A stretch of DNA of 64,000 bases from contig OZ251228.1 in NCBI GenBank assembly GCA_965240325.2, forward strand, positions 992,001-1,056,000. The letters run 5' to 3'. The stretch is from Rebecca billardiae RCC1528 (lineage: Eukaryota; Protista; Haptophyta). The translations under genes were made by a program, and so were the position numbers. Of this stretch, positions 32,601-47,600 are shown piece after piece. How positions within the stretch are numbered: the first letter of the stretch is position 1; the number at the start of each line of letters is the position of its first letter. Under the pieces are notes generated by a model. It searched no databases and was not told the DNA's origin. It saw only the letters and a program-made list of their open reading frames with translations.

Positions 32601-35600
32601 ACCCGACGGTATCCGCACCGCCACGTCTCGCGCACTTCGAAGCCCACCGCGCCCATCCCACCAGCGCACGGGCGCACGGGCGCACGGGCGCACGGGCGCA
32701 CGGGCGCGCCGGGTGGGCGGTGCGCCACCGGCCTCAGCTCGGATATGGGCATCGAGGCGCGCCAAGCGCTCGAGTGGCGGCATTGTGACGGTGCTGGCGG
32801 CAGCCGTACTCGAGCGCGCTCGAGCCGTGCCCGTGCGAGCCGACGGTATCCGCACCGCCACGTCTCGCGCACTTCGAAGCCCACCGCGCCCATCCCACCA
32901 GCGCACGGGCGCACGGGCGCACGGGCGCACGGGCGCGCCGGGTGGGCGGCGCGCCACCAGCCTCAGCTCGGATATGGGCATCGAGGCGCGCCAAGCGCTC
33001 GAGTGGCGGAACTTGACGGTGCTGGCAGCAGCCGTACTCGAGCGCGCTCGAGCCGTGCCCGTGCGAGCCGACGGTATCCGCACCGCCACGTCTCGCGCAC
33101 TTCGAAGCCCACCGCGCCCATCCCACCAGCGCACGGGCGCACGGGCGCACGGGCGCACGGGCGCACGGGCGCGCCGGGTGGGCGGCGCGCCACCAGCCTC
33201 AGCTCGAATATGGGCATCGAGGCGCGCCAAGCGCTCGTGTGGCGGCACTTGACGGTGCTGGCAGCAGCCGTACTCGAGCGCGCTCGAGCCGTGCCCGTGC
33301 GAGCCGACGGTATCCGCACCGCCACGTCTCGCGCACTTCGAAGCCCACCGCGCCCATCCCACCAGCGCACGGGCGCACGGGCGCACGGGCGCACCGGTGC
33401 TCCGGGTGGGCGGCGCGCAACCAGCCTCAGCTCGGATATGGGCATCGAGGCGCGCCAAGCGCTCGAGTGGCGGAACTTGACGGTGCTGGCATCAGCCGTA
33501 CTCGAGCGCGCTCGAGCCGTGCCCGTGCGAGCCGACGGTATCCGCACCGCCACGTCTCGCGCACTTCGAAGCCCACCGCGCCCATCCCACCAGCGCACGG
33601 GCGCACGGGCGCACGGGCGCACGGGCGCACCGGCGCGCCGGGTGGGCGGCGCGCCACCAGCCTCAGCTCGGATATGGGGATCGAGGCGCGCCAAGCGCTC
33701 GAGTGGCGGCATTGTGACGGTGCTGGCGGCAGCCGTACTCGAGCGCGCTCGAGCCGTGCCCGTGCGAGCCGACGGTATCCGCACCGCCACGTCTCGCGCA
33801 CTTCGAAGCCCACCGCGCCCATCCCACCAGCGCACGGGCGCACGGGCGCACGGGCGCACCGGCGCGCCGGGTGGGCGGCGCGCCACCAGCCTCAGCTCGG
33901 ATATGGGGATCGAAACGCGCCAAGCGCTCGTGTGGCGGAACTTGACGGTGCTGGGAGCAGCCGTACTTGAGCGCGCTCGAGCCGTGCCCGTGCGAGCCGA
34001 CGGTATCCGCACCGCCACGTCTCGCGCACTTCGAAGCCCACCGCGCCCATCCCACCAGCGCACGGGCGCACGGGCGCACGGGCGCACGGGCGCACCGGCG
34101 CGCCGGGTGGGCGGCGCGCCACCAGCCTCAGCTCGGATATGGGCATCGAGGCGCGCCAAGCGCTCGAGTGGCGGCATCGTGACGGTGCTGGCGGCAGCCG
34201 TGCTCGAGCGCGCTCGAGCCGTGCCCGTGCGAGCCGACGGTATCCGCACCGCCACGTCTCGCGCACTTCGAAGCCCACCGCGCCCATCCCACCAGCGCAC
34301 GGGCGCACGGGCGCACGGGCGCACGGGCGCGCCGGGTGGGCGGCGCGCCACCAGCCTCAGCTCGGATATGGGCATCGAGGCGCGCCAAGCGCTCGAGTGG
34401 CGGAACTTGACGGTGCTGGCAGCAGCCGTACTCGAGCGCGCTCGAGCCGTGCCCGTGCGAGCCGACGGTATCCGCACCGCCACGTCTCGCGCACTTCGAA
34501 GCCCACCGCGCCCATCCCACCAGCGCACGGGCGCACGGGCGCACGGGCGCACGGGCGCACCGGCGCGCCGGGTGGGCGGCGCGCCACCAGCCTCAGCTCG
34601 GATATGGGCATCGAGGCGCGCCAAGCGCTCGAGTGGCGGCATCGTGACGGTGCTGGCGGCAGCCGTGCTCGAGCGCGCTCGAGCCGTGCCCGTGCGAGCC
34701 GACGGTATCCGCACCGCCACGTCTCGCGCACTTCGAAGCCCACCGCGCCCATCCCACCAGCGCACGGGCGCACGGGCGCACGGGCGCACGGGCGCGCCGG
34801 GTGGGCGGCGCGCCACCAGCCTCAGCTCGGATATGGGCATCGAGGCGCGCCAAGCGCTCGAGTGGCGGAACTTGACGGTGCTGGCAGCAGCCGTACTCGA
34901 GCGCGCTCGAGCCGTGCCCGTGCGACCCGACGGTATCCGCACCGCCACGTCTCGCGCACTTCGAAGCCCACCGCGCCCATCCCACCAGCGCACGGGCGCA
35001 CGGGCGCACGGGCGCACGGGCGCACGGGCGCGCCGGGTGGGCGGTGCGCCACCGGCCTCAGCTCGGATATGGGCATCGAGGCGCGCCAAGCGCTCGAGTG
35101 GCGGCATTGTGACGGTGCTGGCGGCAGCCGTACTCGAGCGCGCTCGAGCCGTGCCCGTGCGAGCCGACGGTATCCGCACCGCCACGTCTCGCGCACTTCG
35201 AAGCCCACCGCGCCCATCCCACCAGCGCACGGGCGCACGGGCGCACGGGCGCACGGGCGCGCCGGGTGGGCGGCGCGCCACCAGCCTCAGCTCGGATATG
35301 GGCATCGAGGCGCGCCAAGCGCTCGAGTGGCGGAACTTGACGGTGCTGGCAGCAGCCGTACTCGAGCGCGCTCGAGCCGTGCCCGTGCGAGCCGACGGTA
35401 TCCGCACCGCCACGTCTCGCGCACTTCGAAGCCCACCGCGCCCATCCCACCAGCGCACGGGCGCACGGGCGCACGGGCGCACGGGCGCGCCGGGTGGGCG
35501 GTGCGCCACCAGCCTCAGCTCGGATATGGGGATCGAGGCGCGCCAAGCGCTCGAGTGGCGGCATTGTGACGGTGCTGGCGGCAGCCGTACTCGAGCGCGC

Positions 35601-38600
35601 TCGAGCCGTGCCCGTGCGAGCCGACGGTATCCGCACCGCCACGTCTCGCGCACTTCGAAGCCCACCGCGCCCATCCCACCAGCGCACGGGCGCACGGGCG
35701 CACGGGCGCACCGGCGCGCCGGGTGGGCGGCGCGCCACCAGCCTCAGCTCGGATATGGGCATCGAGGCGCGCCAAGCGCTCGAGTGGCGGAACTTGACGG
35801 TGCTGGCAGCAGCCGTACTCGAGCGCGCTCGAGCCGTGCCCGTGCGAGCCGACGGTATCCGCACCGCCACGTCTCGCGCACTTCGAAGCCCACCGCGCCC
35901 ATCCCACCAGCGCACGGGCGCACGGGCGCACGGGCGCACGGGCGCGCCGGGTGGGCGGCGCGCCACCAGCCTCAGCTCGGATATGGGCATCGAGGCGCGC
36001 CAAGCGCTCGAGTGGCGGCATTGTGACGGTGCTGGCAGCAGCCGTACTCGAGCGCGCTCGAGCCGTGCCCGTGCGACCCGACGGTATCCGCACCGCCACG
36101 TCTCGCGCACTTTGAAGCCCACCGCGCCCATCCCACCAGCGCACGGGCGCACGGGCGCACGGGCGCACGGGCGCACGGGCGCGCCGGGTGGGCGGTGCGC
36201 CACCGGCCTCAGCTCGGATATGGGCATCGAGGCGCGCCAAGCGCTCGAGTGGCGGCATTGTGACGGTGCTGGCGGCAGCCGTACTCGAGCGCGCTCGAGC
36301 CGTGCCCGTGCGAGCCGACGGTATCCGCACCGCCACGTCTCGCGCACTTCGAAGCCCACCGCGCCCATCCCACCAGCGCACGGGCGCACGGGCGCACGGG
36401 CGCACGGGCGCACGGGCGCGCCGGGTGGGCGGCGCGCCACCAGCCTCAGCTCGGATATGGGCATCGAGGCGCGCCAAGCGCTCGAGTGGCGGAACTTGAC
36501 GGTGCTGGCAGCAGCCGTACTCGAGCGCGCTCGAGCCGTGCCCGTGCGAGCCGACGGTATCCGCACCGCCACGTCTCGCGCACTTCGAAGCCCACCGCGC
36601 CCATCCCACCAGCGCACGGGCGCACGGGCGCACGGGCGCACGGGCGCACCGGCGCGCCGGGTGGGCGGCGCGCCACCAGCCTCAGCTCGGATATGGGCAT
36701 CGAGGCGCGCCAAGCGCTCGAGTGGCGGAACTTGACGGTGCTGGCAGCAGCCGTACTCGAGCGCGCTCGAGCCGTGCCCGTGCGAGCCGACGGTATCCGC
36801 ACCGCCACGTCTCGCGCACTTCGAAGCCCACCGCGCCCATCCCACCAGCGCACGGGCGCACGGGCGCACGGGCGCACCGGCGCGCCGGGTGGGCGGCGCG
36901 CCACCAGCCTCAGCTCGGATATGGGCATCGAGGCGCGCCAAGCGCTCGAGTGGTGGAACTTGACGGTGCTGGCAGCAGCCGTACTCGAGCGCGCTCGAGC
37001 CGTGCCCGTGCGAGCCGACGGTATCCGCACCGCCACGTCTCGTGCACTTCGAAGCCCACCGCGCCCATCCCACCAGCGCACGGGCGCACGGGCGCACGGG
37101 CGCACCGGCGCGCCGGGTGGGCGGCGCGCCACCAGCCTCAGCTCGGATATGGGCATCGAGGCGCGCCAAGCGCTCGAGTGGCAGAACTTGACGGTGCTGG
37201 CAGCAGCCGTACTCGAGCGCGCTCGAGCCGTGCCCGTGCGACCCGACGGTATCCGCACCGCCACGTCTCGCGCACTTCGAAGCCCACCGCGCCCATCCCA
37301 CCAGCGCACGGGCGCACGGGCGCACGGGCGCACGGGCGCGCCGGGTGGGCGGTGCGCCACCAGCCTCAGCTCGGATATGGGGATCGAGGCGCGCCAAGCG
37401 CTCGAGTGGCGGCATTGTGATGGTGCTGGCAGCAGCCGTACTCAAGCGCGCTCGAGCCGTGCCCGTGCGAGCCGACGGTATCCGCACCGCCACGTCTCGC
37501 GCACTTCGAAGCCCACCGCGCCCATCCCACCAGCGCACGGGCGCACGGGCGCACGGGCGCACCGGCGCGCCGGGTGGGCGGCGCGCGACCAGCCTCAGCT
37601 CGGATATGGGGATCGAGGCGCGCCAAGCGCTCGTGTGGCGGCACTTGACGGTGCTGGCAGCAGCCGTACTCGAGCGCGCTCGAGCCGTGCCCGTGCGAGC
37701 CGACGGTATCCGCACCGCCACGTCTCGCGCACTTCGAAGCCCACCGCGCCCATCCCACCAGCGCACGGGCGCACGGGCGCACGGGCGCACGGGCGCGCCG
37801 GGTGGGCGGCGCGCGACCAGCCTCAGCTCGGATATGGGCATCGAGGCGCGCCAAGCGCTCGAGTGGCGGCACTTGACGGTGCTGGCAGCAGCCGTACTCG
37901 AGCGCGCTCGAGCCGTGCCCGTGCGAGCCGACGGTATCCGCACCGCCACGTCTCGCGCACTTCGAAGCCCACCGCGCCCATCCCACCAGCGCACGGGCGC
38001 ACGGGCGCACGGGCGCACGGGCGCACCGGCGCGCCGGGTGGGCGGCGCGCCACCAGCCTCAGCTCGGATATGGGCATCGAGGCGCGCCAAGCGCTCGAGT
38101 GGCGGCATTGTGACGGTGCTGGCAGCAGCCGTACTCGAGCGCGCTCGAGCCGTGCCCGTGCGACCCGACGGTATCCGCACCGCCACGTCTCGCGCACTTC
38201 GAAGCCCACCGCGCCCATCCCACCAGCGCACGGGCGCACGGGCGCACGGGCGCACGGGCGCACCGGCGCGCCGGGTGGGCGGCGCGCCACCGGCCTCAGC
38301 TCGGATATGGGCATCGAGGCGCGCCAAGCGCTCGAGTGGCGGCATTGTGACGGTGCTGGCGGCAGCCGTACTCGAGCGCGCTCGAGCCGTGCCCGTGCGA
38401 GCCGACGGTATCCGCACCGCCACGTCTCGCGCACTTCGAAGCCCACCGCGCCCATCCCACCAGCGCACGGGCGCACGGGCGCACGGGCGCACGGGCGCAC
38501 GGGCGCGCCGGGTGGGCGGCGCGCCACCAGCCTCAGCTCGGATATGGGCATCGAGGCGCGCCAAGCGCTCGAGTGGCGGCATTGTGACGGTGCTGGCGGC

Positions 38601-41600
38601 AGCCGTACTCGAGCGCGCTCGAGCCGTGCCCGTGCGAGCCGACGGTATCCGCACCGCCACGTCTCGCGCACTTCGAAGCCCACCGCGCCCATCCCACCAG
38701 CGCACGGGCGCACGGGCGCACGGGCGCACCGGCGCGCCGGGTGGGCGGCGCGCGACCAGCCTCAGCTCGGATATGGGCATCGAGGCGCGCCAAGCGCTCG
38801 AGTGGCGGAACTTGACGGTGCTGGCAGCAGCCGTACTCGAGCGCGCTCGAGCCGTGCCCGTGCGAGCCGACGGTATCCGCACCGCCACGTCTCGCGCACT
38901 TCGAAGCCCACCGCGCCCATCCCACCAGCGCACGGGCGCACGGGCGCACGGGCGCACGGGCGCGCCGGGTGGGCGGCGCGCCACCAGCCTCAGCTCGGAT
39001 ATGGGCATCGAGGCGCGCCAAGCGCTCGAGTGGCGGCATTGTGACGGTGCTGGCGGCAGCCGTACTCGAGCGCGCTCGAGCCGTGCCCGTGCGAGCCGAC
39101 GGTATCCGCACCGCCACGTCTCGCGCACTTCGAAGCCCACCGCGCCCATCCCACCAGCGCACGGGCGCACGGGCGCACGGGCGCACGGGCGCGCCGGGTG
39201 GGCGGCGCGCCACCAGCCTCAGCTCGGATATGGGCATCGAGGCGCGCCAAGCGCTCGAGTGGCGGAACTTGACGGTGCTGGCAGCAGCCGTACTCGAGCG
39301 CGCTCGAGCCGTGCCCGTGCGAGCCGACGGTATCCGCACCGCCACGTCTCGCGCACTTCGAAGCCCACCGCGCCCATCCCACCAGCGCACGGGCGCACGG
39401 GCGCACGGGCGCACGGGCGCACGGGCGCGCCGGGTGGGCGGCGCGCCACCAGCCTCAGCTCGGATATGGGCATCGAGGCGCGCCAAGCGCTCGAGTGGCG
39501 GAACTTGACGGTGCTGGCAGCAGCCGTACTCGGGCGCGCTCGAGCCGTGCCCGTGCGAGCCGACGGTATCCGCACCGCCACGTCTCGCGCACTTCGAAGC
39601 CCACCGCGCCCATCCCACCAGCGCACGGGCGCACGGGCGCACGGGCGCACCGGCGCGCCGGGTGGGCGGCGCGCCACCAGCCTCAGCTCGGATATGGGCA
39701 TCGAGGCGCGCCAAGCGCTCGAGTGGCGGAACTTGACGGTGCTGGCAGCAGCCGTACTCGAGCGCGCTCGAGCCGTGCCCGTGCGAGCCGACGGTATCCG
39801 CACCGCCACGTCTCGCGCACTTCGAAGCCCACCGCGCCCATCCCACCAGCGCACGGGCGCACGGGCGCACGGGCGCACGGGCGCACGGGCGCGCCGGGTG
39901 GGCGGCGCGCGACCAGCCTCAGCTCGGATATGGGGATCGAGGCGCGCCAAGCGCTCGTGTGGCGGCACTTGACGGTGCTGGCAGCAGCCGTACTCGAGCG
40001 CGCTCGAGCCGTGCCCGTGCGAGCCGACGGTATCCGCACCGCCACGTCTCGCGCACTTCGAAGCCCACCGCGCCCATCCCACCAGCGCACGGGCGCACGG
40101 GCGCACGGGCGCACGGGCGCGCCGGGTGGGCGGCGCGCCACCAGCCTCAGCTCGGATATGGGCATCGAGGCGCGCCAAGCGCTCGAGTGGCGGAACTTGA
40201 CGGTGCTGGCAGCAGCCGTACTCGGGCGCGCTCGAGCCGTGCCCGTGCGAGCCGACGGTATCCGCACCGCCACGTCTCGCGCACTTCGAAGCCCACCGCG
40301 CCCATCCCACCAGCGCACGGGCGCACGGGCGCACGGGCGCACGGGCGCGCCGGGTGGGCGGCGCGCCACCAGCCTCAGCTCGGATATGGGCATCGAGGCG
40401 CGCCAAGCGCTCGAGTGGCGGAACTTGACGGTGCTGGCAGCAGCCGTACTCGGGCGCGCTCGAGCCGTGCCCGTGCGAGCCGACGGTATCCGCACCGCCA
40501 CGTCTCGCGCACTTCGAAGCCCACCGCGCCCATCCCACCAGCGCACGGGCGCACGGGCGCACGGGCGCACCGGCGCGCCGGGTGGGCGGCGCGCCACCAG
40601 CCTCAGCTCGGATATGGGCATCGAGGCGCGCCAAGCGCTCGAGTGGCGGAACTTGACGGTGCTGGCAGCAGCCGTACTCGGGCGCGCTCGAGCCGTGCCC
40701 GTGCGAGCCGACGGTATCCGCACCGCCACGTCTCGCGCACTTCGAAGCCCACCGCGCCCATCCCACCAGCGCACGGGCGCACGGGCGCACGGGCGCACGG
40801 GCGCGCCGGGTGGGCGGCGCGCCACCAGCCTCAGCTCGGATATGGGCATCGAGGCGCGCCAAGCGCTCGAGTGGCGGAACTTGACGGTGCTGGCAGCAGC
40901 CGTACTCGAGCGCGCTCGAGCCGTGCCCGTGCGAGCCGACGGTATCCGCACCGCCACGTCTCGCGCACTTCGAAGCCCACCGCGCCCATCCCACCAGCGC
41001 ACGGGCGCACGGGCGCACGGGCGCACGGGCGCACGGGCGCGCCGGGTGGGCGGCGCGCGACCAGCCTCAGCTCGGATATGGGGATCGAGGCGCGCCAAGC
41101 GCTCGTGTGGCGGCACTTGACGGTGCTGGCAGCAGCCGTACTCGAGCGCGCTCGAGCCGTGCCCGTGCGAGCCGACGGTATCCGCACCGCCACGTCTCGC
41201 GCACTTCGAAGCCCACCGCGCCCATCCCACCAGCGCACGGGCGCACGGGCGCACGGGCGCACGGGCGCGCCGGGTGGGCGGCGCGCCACCAGCCTCAGCT
41301 CGGATATGGGCATCGAGGCGCGCCAAGCGCTCGAGTGGCGGAACTTGACGGTGCTGGCAGCAGCCGTACTCGGGCGCGCTCGAGCCGTGCCCGTGCGAGC
41401 CGACGGTATCCGCACCGCCACGTCTCGCGCACTTCGAATCCCACCGCGCCCATCCCACCAGCGCACGGGCGCACGGGCGCACGGGCGCACGGGCGCGCCG
41501 GGTGGGCGGCGCGCCACCAGCCTCAGCTCGGATATGGGCATCGAGGCGCGCCAAGCGCTCGAGTGGCGGAACTTGACGGTGCTGGCAGCAGCCGTACTCG

Positions 41601-44600
41601 GGCGCGCTCGAGCCGTGCCCTTGCGAGCCGACGGTATCCGCACCGCCACGTCTCGCGCACTTCGAAGCCCACCGCGCCCATCCCACCAGCGCACGGGCGC
41701 ACGGGCGCACGGGCGCACGGGCGCGCCGGGTGGGCGGCGCGCCACCAGCCTCAGCTCGGATATGGGCATCGAGGCGCGCCAAGCGCTCGAGTGGCGGAAC
41801 TTGACGGTGCTGGCAGCAGCCGTACTCGGGCGCGCTCGAGCCGTGCCCGTGCGAGCCGACGGTATCCGCACCGCCACGTCTCGCGCACTTCGAAGCCCAC
41901 CGCGCCCATCCCACCAGCGCACGGGCGCACGGGCGCACGGGCGCACCGGCGCGCCGGGTGGGCGGCGCGCCACCAGCCTCAGCTCGGATATGGGCATCGA
42001 GGCGCGCCAAGCGCTCGAGTGGCGGAACTTGACGGTGCTGGCAGCAGCCGTACTCGGGCGCGCTCGAGCCGTGCCCGTGCGAGCCGACGGTATCCGCACC
42101 GCCACGTCTCGCGCACTTCGAAGCCCACCGCGCCCATCCCACCAGCGCACGGGCGCACGGGCGCACGGGCGCACGGGCGCGCCGGGTGGGCGGCGCGCCA
42201 CCAGCCTCAGCTCGGATATGGGCATCGAGGCGCGCCAAGCGCTCGAGTGGCGGAACTTGACGGTGCTGGCAGCAGCCGTACTCGAGCGCGCTCGAGCCGT
42301 GCCCGTGCGAGCCGACGGTATCCGCACCGCCACGTCTCGCGCACTTCGAAGCCCACCGCGCCCATCCCACCAGCGCACGGGCGCACGGGCGCACGGGCGC
42401 ACGGGCGCACGGGCGCGCCGGGTGGGCGGCGCGCGACCAGCCTCAGCTCGGATATGGGGATCGAGGCGCGCCAAGCGCTCGTGTGGCGGCACTTGACGGT
42501 GCTGGCAGCAGCCGTACTCGAGCGCGCTCGAGCCGTGCCCGTGCGAGCCGACGGTATCCGCACCGCCACGTCTCGCGCACTTCGAAGCCCACCGCGCCCA
42601 TCCCACCAGCGCACGGGCGCACGGGCGCACGGGCGCACGGGCGCGCCGGGTGGGCGGCGCGCCACCAGCCTCAGCTCGGATATGGGCATCGAGGCGCGCC
42701 AAGCGCTCGAGTGGCGGAACTTGACGGTGCTGGCAGCAGCCGTACTCGGGCGCGCTCGAGCCGTGCCCGTGCGAGCCGACGGTATCCGCACCGCCACGTC
42801 TCGCGCACTTCGAATCCCACCGCGCCCATCCCACCAGCGCACGGGCGCACGGGCGCACGGGCGCACGGGCGCGCCGGGTGGGCGGCGCGCCACCAGCCTC
42901 AGCTCGGATATGGGCATCGAGGCGCGCCAAGCGCTCGAGTGGCGGAACTTGACGGTGCTGGCAGCAGCCGTACTCGGGCGCGCTCGAGCCGTGCCCTTGC
43001 GAGCCGACGGTATCCGCACCGCCACGTCTCGCGCACTTCGAAGCCCACCGCGCCCATCCCACCAGCGCACGGGCGCACGGGCGCACGGGCGCACGGGCGC
43101 GCCGGGTGGGCGGCGCGCCACCAGCCTCAGCTCGGATATGGGGATCGAGGCGCGCCAAGCGCTCGTGTGGCGGCACTTGACGGTGCTGGCAGCAGCCGTA
43201 CTCGAGCGCGCTCGAGCCGTGCCCGTGCGAGCCGACGGTATCCGCACCGCCACGTCTCGCGCACTTCGAAGCCCACCGCGCCCATCCCACCAGCGCACGG
43301 GCGCACGGGCGCACGGGCGCACGGGCGCGCCGGGTGGGCGGCGCGCGACCAGCCTCAGCTCGGATATGGGCATCGAGGCGCGCCAAGCGCTCGTGTGGCG
43401 GCACTTGACGGTGCTGGCAGCAGCCGTACTCGAGCGCGCTCGAGCCGTGCCCGTGCGAGCCGACGGTATCCGCACCGCCACGTCTCGCGCACTTCGAAGC
43501 CCACCGCGCCCATCCCACCAGCGCACGGGCGCACGGGCGCACGGGCGCACGGGCGCGCCGGGTGGGCGGCGCGCCACCAGCCTCAGCTCGGATATGGGCA
43601 TCGAGGCGCGCCAAGCGCTCGAGTGGCGGAACTTGACGGTGCTGGCAGCAGCCGTACTCGAGCGCGCTCGAGCCGTGCCCGTGCGAGCCGACGGTATCCG
43701 CACCGCCACGTCTCGCGCACTTCGAAGCCCACCGCGCCCATCCCACCAGCGCACGGGCGCACGGGCGCACGGGCGCACCGGCGCGCCGGGTGGGCGGCGC
43801 GCCACCGGCCTCAGCTCGGATATGGGCATCGAGGCGCGCCAAGCGCTCGTGTGGCGGAACTTGACGGTGCTGGCAGCAGCCGTACTCGAGCGCGCTCGAG
43901 CCGTGCCCGTGCGAGCCGACGGTATCCGCACCGCCACGTCTCGCGCACTTCGAAGCCCACCGCGCCCATCCCACCAGCGCACGGGCGCACGGGCGCACGG
44001 GCGCACGGGTGCGCCGGGTGGGCGGCGCGCCACCAGCCTCAGCTCGGATATGGGCATCGAGGCGCGCCAAGCGCTCGAGTGGTGGAACTTGACGGTGCTG
44101 GCAGCAGCCGTACTCGAGCGCGCTCGAGCCGTGCCCGTGCGAGCCGACGGTATCCGCACCGCCACGTCTCGCGCACTTCGAAGCCCACCGCGCCCATCCC
44201 ACCAGCGCACGGGCGCACGGGCGCACGGGCGCACGGGCGCGCCGGGTGGGCGGCGCGCCACCAGCCTCAGCTCGGATATGGGCATCGAGGCGCGCCAAGC
44301 GCTCGTGTGGCGGAACTTGACGGTGCTGGCAGCAGCCGTACTCGAGCACGCTCGAGCCGTGCCCGTGCGAGCCGACGGTATCCGCACCGCCACGTCTCGC
44401 GCACTTCGAAGCCCACCGCGCCCATCCCACCAGCGCACGGGCGCACGGGCGCACGGGCGCACGGGCGCGCCGGGTGGGCGGCGCGCCACCAGCCTCAGCT
44501 CGGATATGGGGATCGAAGCGCGCCAAGCGCTCGTGTGGCGGAACTTGACGGTGCTGGCAGCCGCCGTACTCGAGCGCGCTCGAGCCGTGCCCGTGCGAGC

Positions 44601-47600
44601 CGACGGTATCCGCACCGCCACGTCTCGCGCACTTCGAAGCCCACCGCGCCCATCCCACCAGCGCACGGGCGCACGGGTGCACGGGCGCACGGGCGCGCCG
44701 GGTGGGCGGCGCGCCACCAGCCTCAGCTCGGATATGGGCATCGAGGCGCGCCAAGCGCTCGAGTGGCGGACTTGACGGTGCTGGCAGCCGCCGTACTCGA
44801 GCGCGCTCGAGCCGTGCCCGTGCGAGCCGACGGTATCCGCACCGCCACGTCTCGCGCACTTCGAAGCCCACCGCGCCCATCCCACCAGCGCACGGGCGCA
44901 CGGGCGCACGGGCGCACCGGCGCGCCGGGTGGGCGGCGCGCCACCAGCCTCAGCTCGGATATGGGGATCGAGGCGCGCCAAGCGCTCGATTGGCGGCATC
45001 GTGACGGTGCTGGCGGCAGCCGTACTCGAGCGCGCTCGAGCCGTGCCCGTGCGAGCCGACGGTATCCGCACCGCCACGTCTCGCGCACTTCGAAGCCCAC
45101 CGCGCCCATCCCACCAGCGCACGGGCGCACGGGCGCACGGGCGCACGGGCGCGCCGGGTGGGCGGCGCGCCACCAGCCTCAGCTCGGATATGGGGATCGA
45201 GGCGCGCCAAGCGCTCGTGTGGCGGCACTTGACGGTGCTGGCAGCAGCCGTACTCGAGCGCGCTCGAGCCGTGCCCGTGCGAGCCGACGGTATCCGCACC
45301 GCCACGTCTCGCGCACTTCGAAGCCCACCGCGCCCATCCCACCAGCGCACGGGCGCACGGGCGCACGGGCGCACGGGCGCACCGGCGCGCCGGGTGGGCG
45401 GCGCGCCACCAGCCTCAGCTCGGATATGGGCATCGAGGCGCGCCAAGCGCTCGTGTGGCGGCACTTGACGGTGCTGGCAGCAGCCGTACTCGAGCGCGCT
45501 CGAGCCGTGCCCGTGCGAGCCGACGGTATCCGCACCGCCACGTCTCGCGCACTTCGAAGCCCACCGCGCCCATCCCACCAGCGCACGGGCGCACGGGCGC
45601 ACGGGCGCACCGGTGCTCCGGGTGGGCGGCGCGCAACCAGCCTCAGCTCGGATATGGGCATCGAGGCGCGCCAAGCGCTCGAGTGGCGGAACTTGACGGT
45701 GCTGGCATCAGCCGTACTCGAGCGCGCTCGAGCCGTGCCCGTGCGAGCCGACGGTATCCGCACCGCCACGTCTCGCGCACTTCGAAGCCCACCGCGCCCA
45801 TCCCACCAGCGCACGGGCGCACGGGCGCACGGGCGCACGGGCGCACCGGCGCGCCGGGTGGGCGGCGCGCCACCAGCCTCAGCTCGGATATGGGGATCGA
45901 GGCGCGCCAAGCGCTCGAGTGGCGGCATTGTGACGGTGCTGGCGGCAGCCGTACTCGAGCGCGCTCGAGCCGTGCCCGTGCGAGCCGACGGTATCCGCAC
46001 CGCCACGTCTCGCGCACTTCGAAGCCCACCGCGCCCATCCCACCAGCGCACGGGCGCACGGGCGCACGGGCGCACGGGCGCACCGGCGCGCCGGGTGGAT
46101 GGCGCGCCACCAGCCCCAGCTCGGATATGGGCATCGAGGCGCGCCAAGCGCTCGAGTGGCGGAACTTGACGGTGCTGGCAGCAGCCGTACTCGAGCGCGC
46201 TCGAGCCGTGCCCGTGCGAGCCGACGGTATCCGCACCGCCACGTCTCGCGCACTTCGAAGCCCACCGCGCCCATCCCACCAGCGCACGGGCGCACGGGCG
46301 CACGGGCGCACGGGCGCACCGGCGCGCCGGGTGGGCGGCGCGCCACCAGCCTCAGCTCGGATATGGGCATCGAGGCGCGCCAAGCGCTCGAGTGGCGGAA
46401 CTTGACGGCGCTGGCAGCAGCCGTACTCGAGCGCGCTCGAGCCGTGCCCGTGCGAGCCGACGGTATCCGCACCGCCACGTCTCGCGCACTTCGAAGCCCA
46501 CCGCGCCCATCCCACCAGCGCACGGGCGCACGGGCGCACGGGCGCACCGGCGCGCCGGGTGGGCGGCGCGCCACCAGCCTCAGCTCGGATATGGGGATCG
46601 AGGCGCGCCAAGCGCTCGTGTGGCGGCACTTGACGGTGCTGGCAGCAGCCGTACTCGAGCGCGCTCGAGCCGTGCCCGTGCGAGCCGACGGTATCCGCAC
46701 CGCCACGTCTCGCGCACTTCGAAGCCCACCGCGCCCATCCCACCAGCGCACGGGCGCACGGGCGCACGGGCGCACGGGCGCACCGGCGCGCCGGGTGGGC
46801 GGCGCGCCACCAGCCTCAGCTCGGATATGGGCATCGAGGCGCGCCAAGCGCTCGATTGCGGCATTGTGACGGTGCTGACGGCAGCCGTACTCGAGCGCGC
46901 TCGAGCCGTGCCCGTGCGCGTCGACGGTATCCGCACCGCCACGTCTCGCGCACTTCGAAGCCCACCGCGCCCATCCCACCAGCGCACGGGCGCACGGGCG
47001 CACGGGCGCACGGGCGCGCCGGGTGGGCGGCGCGCCACCAGCCTCAGCTCGGATATGGGCATCGAGGCGCGCCAAGCGCTCGAGTGGCGGCACTTGACGG
47101 TGCTGGCAGCAGCCGTACTCGAGCGCGCTCGAGCCGTGCCCGTGCGAGCCGACGGTATCCGCACCGCCACGTCTCGCGCACTTCGAAGCCCACCGCGCCC
47201 ATCCCACCAGCGCACGGGCGCACGGGCGCACGGGCGCACGGGCGCGCCGGGTGGGCGGCGCGCCACCAGCCTCAGCTCGGATATGGGCATCGAGGCGCGC
47301 CAAGCGCTCGTGTGGCGGCACTTGACGGTGCTGGCAGCAGCCGTACTCGAGCGCGCTCGAGCCGTGCCCGTGCGAGCCGACGGTATCCGCACCGCCACGT
47401 CTCGCGCACTTCGAAGCCCACCGCGCCCATCCCACCAGCGCACGGGCGCACGGGCGCACGGGCGCACGGGCGCACCGGCGCGCCGGGTGGGCGGCGCGCC
47501 ACCAGCCTCAGCTCGGATATGGGGATCGAGGCGCGCCAAGCGCTCGAGTGGCGGCATTGTGACGGTGCTGGCGGCAGCCGTACTCGAGCGCGCTCGAGCC

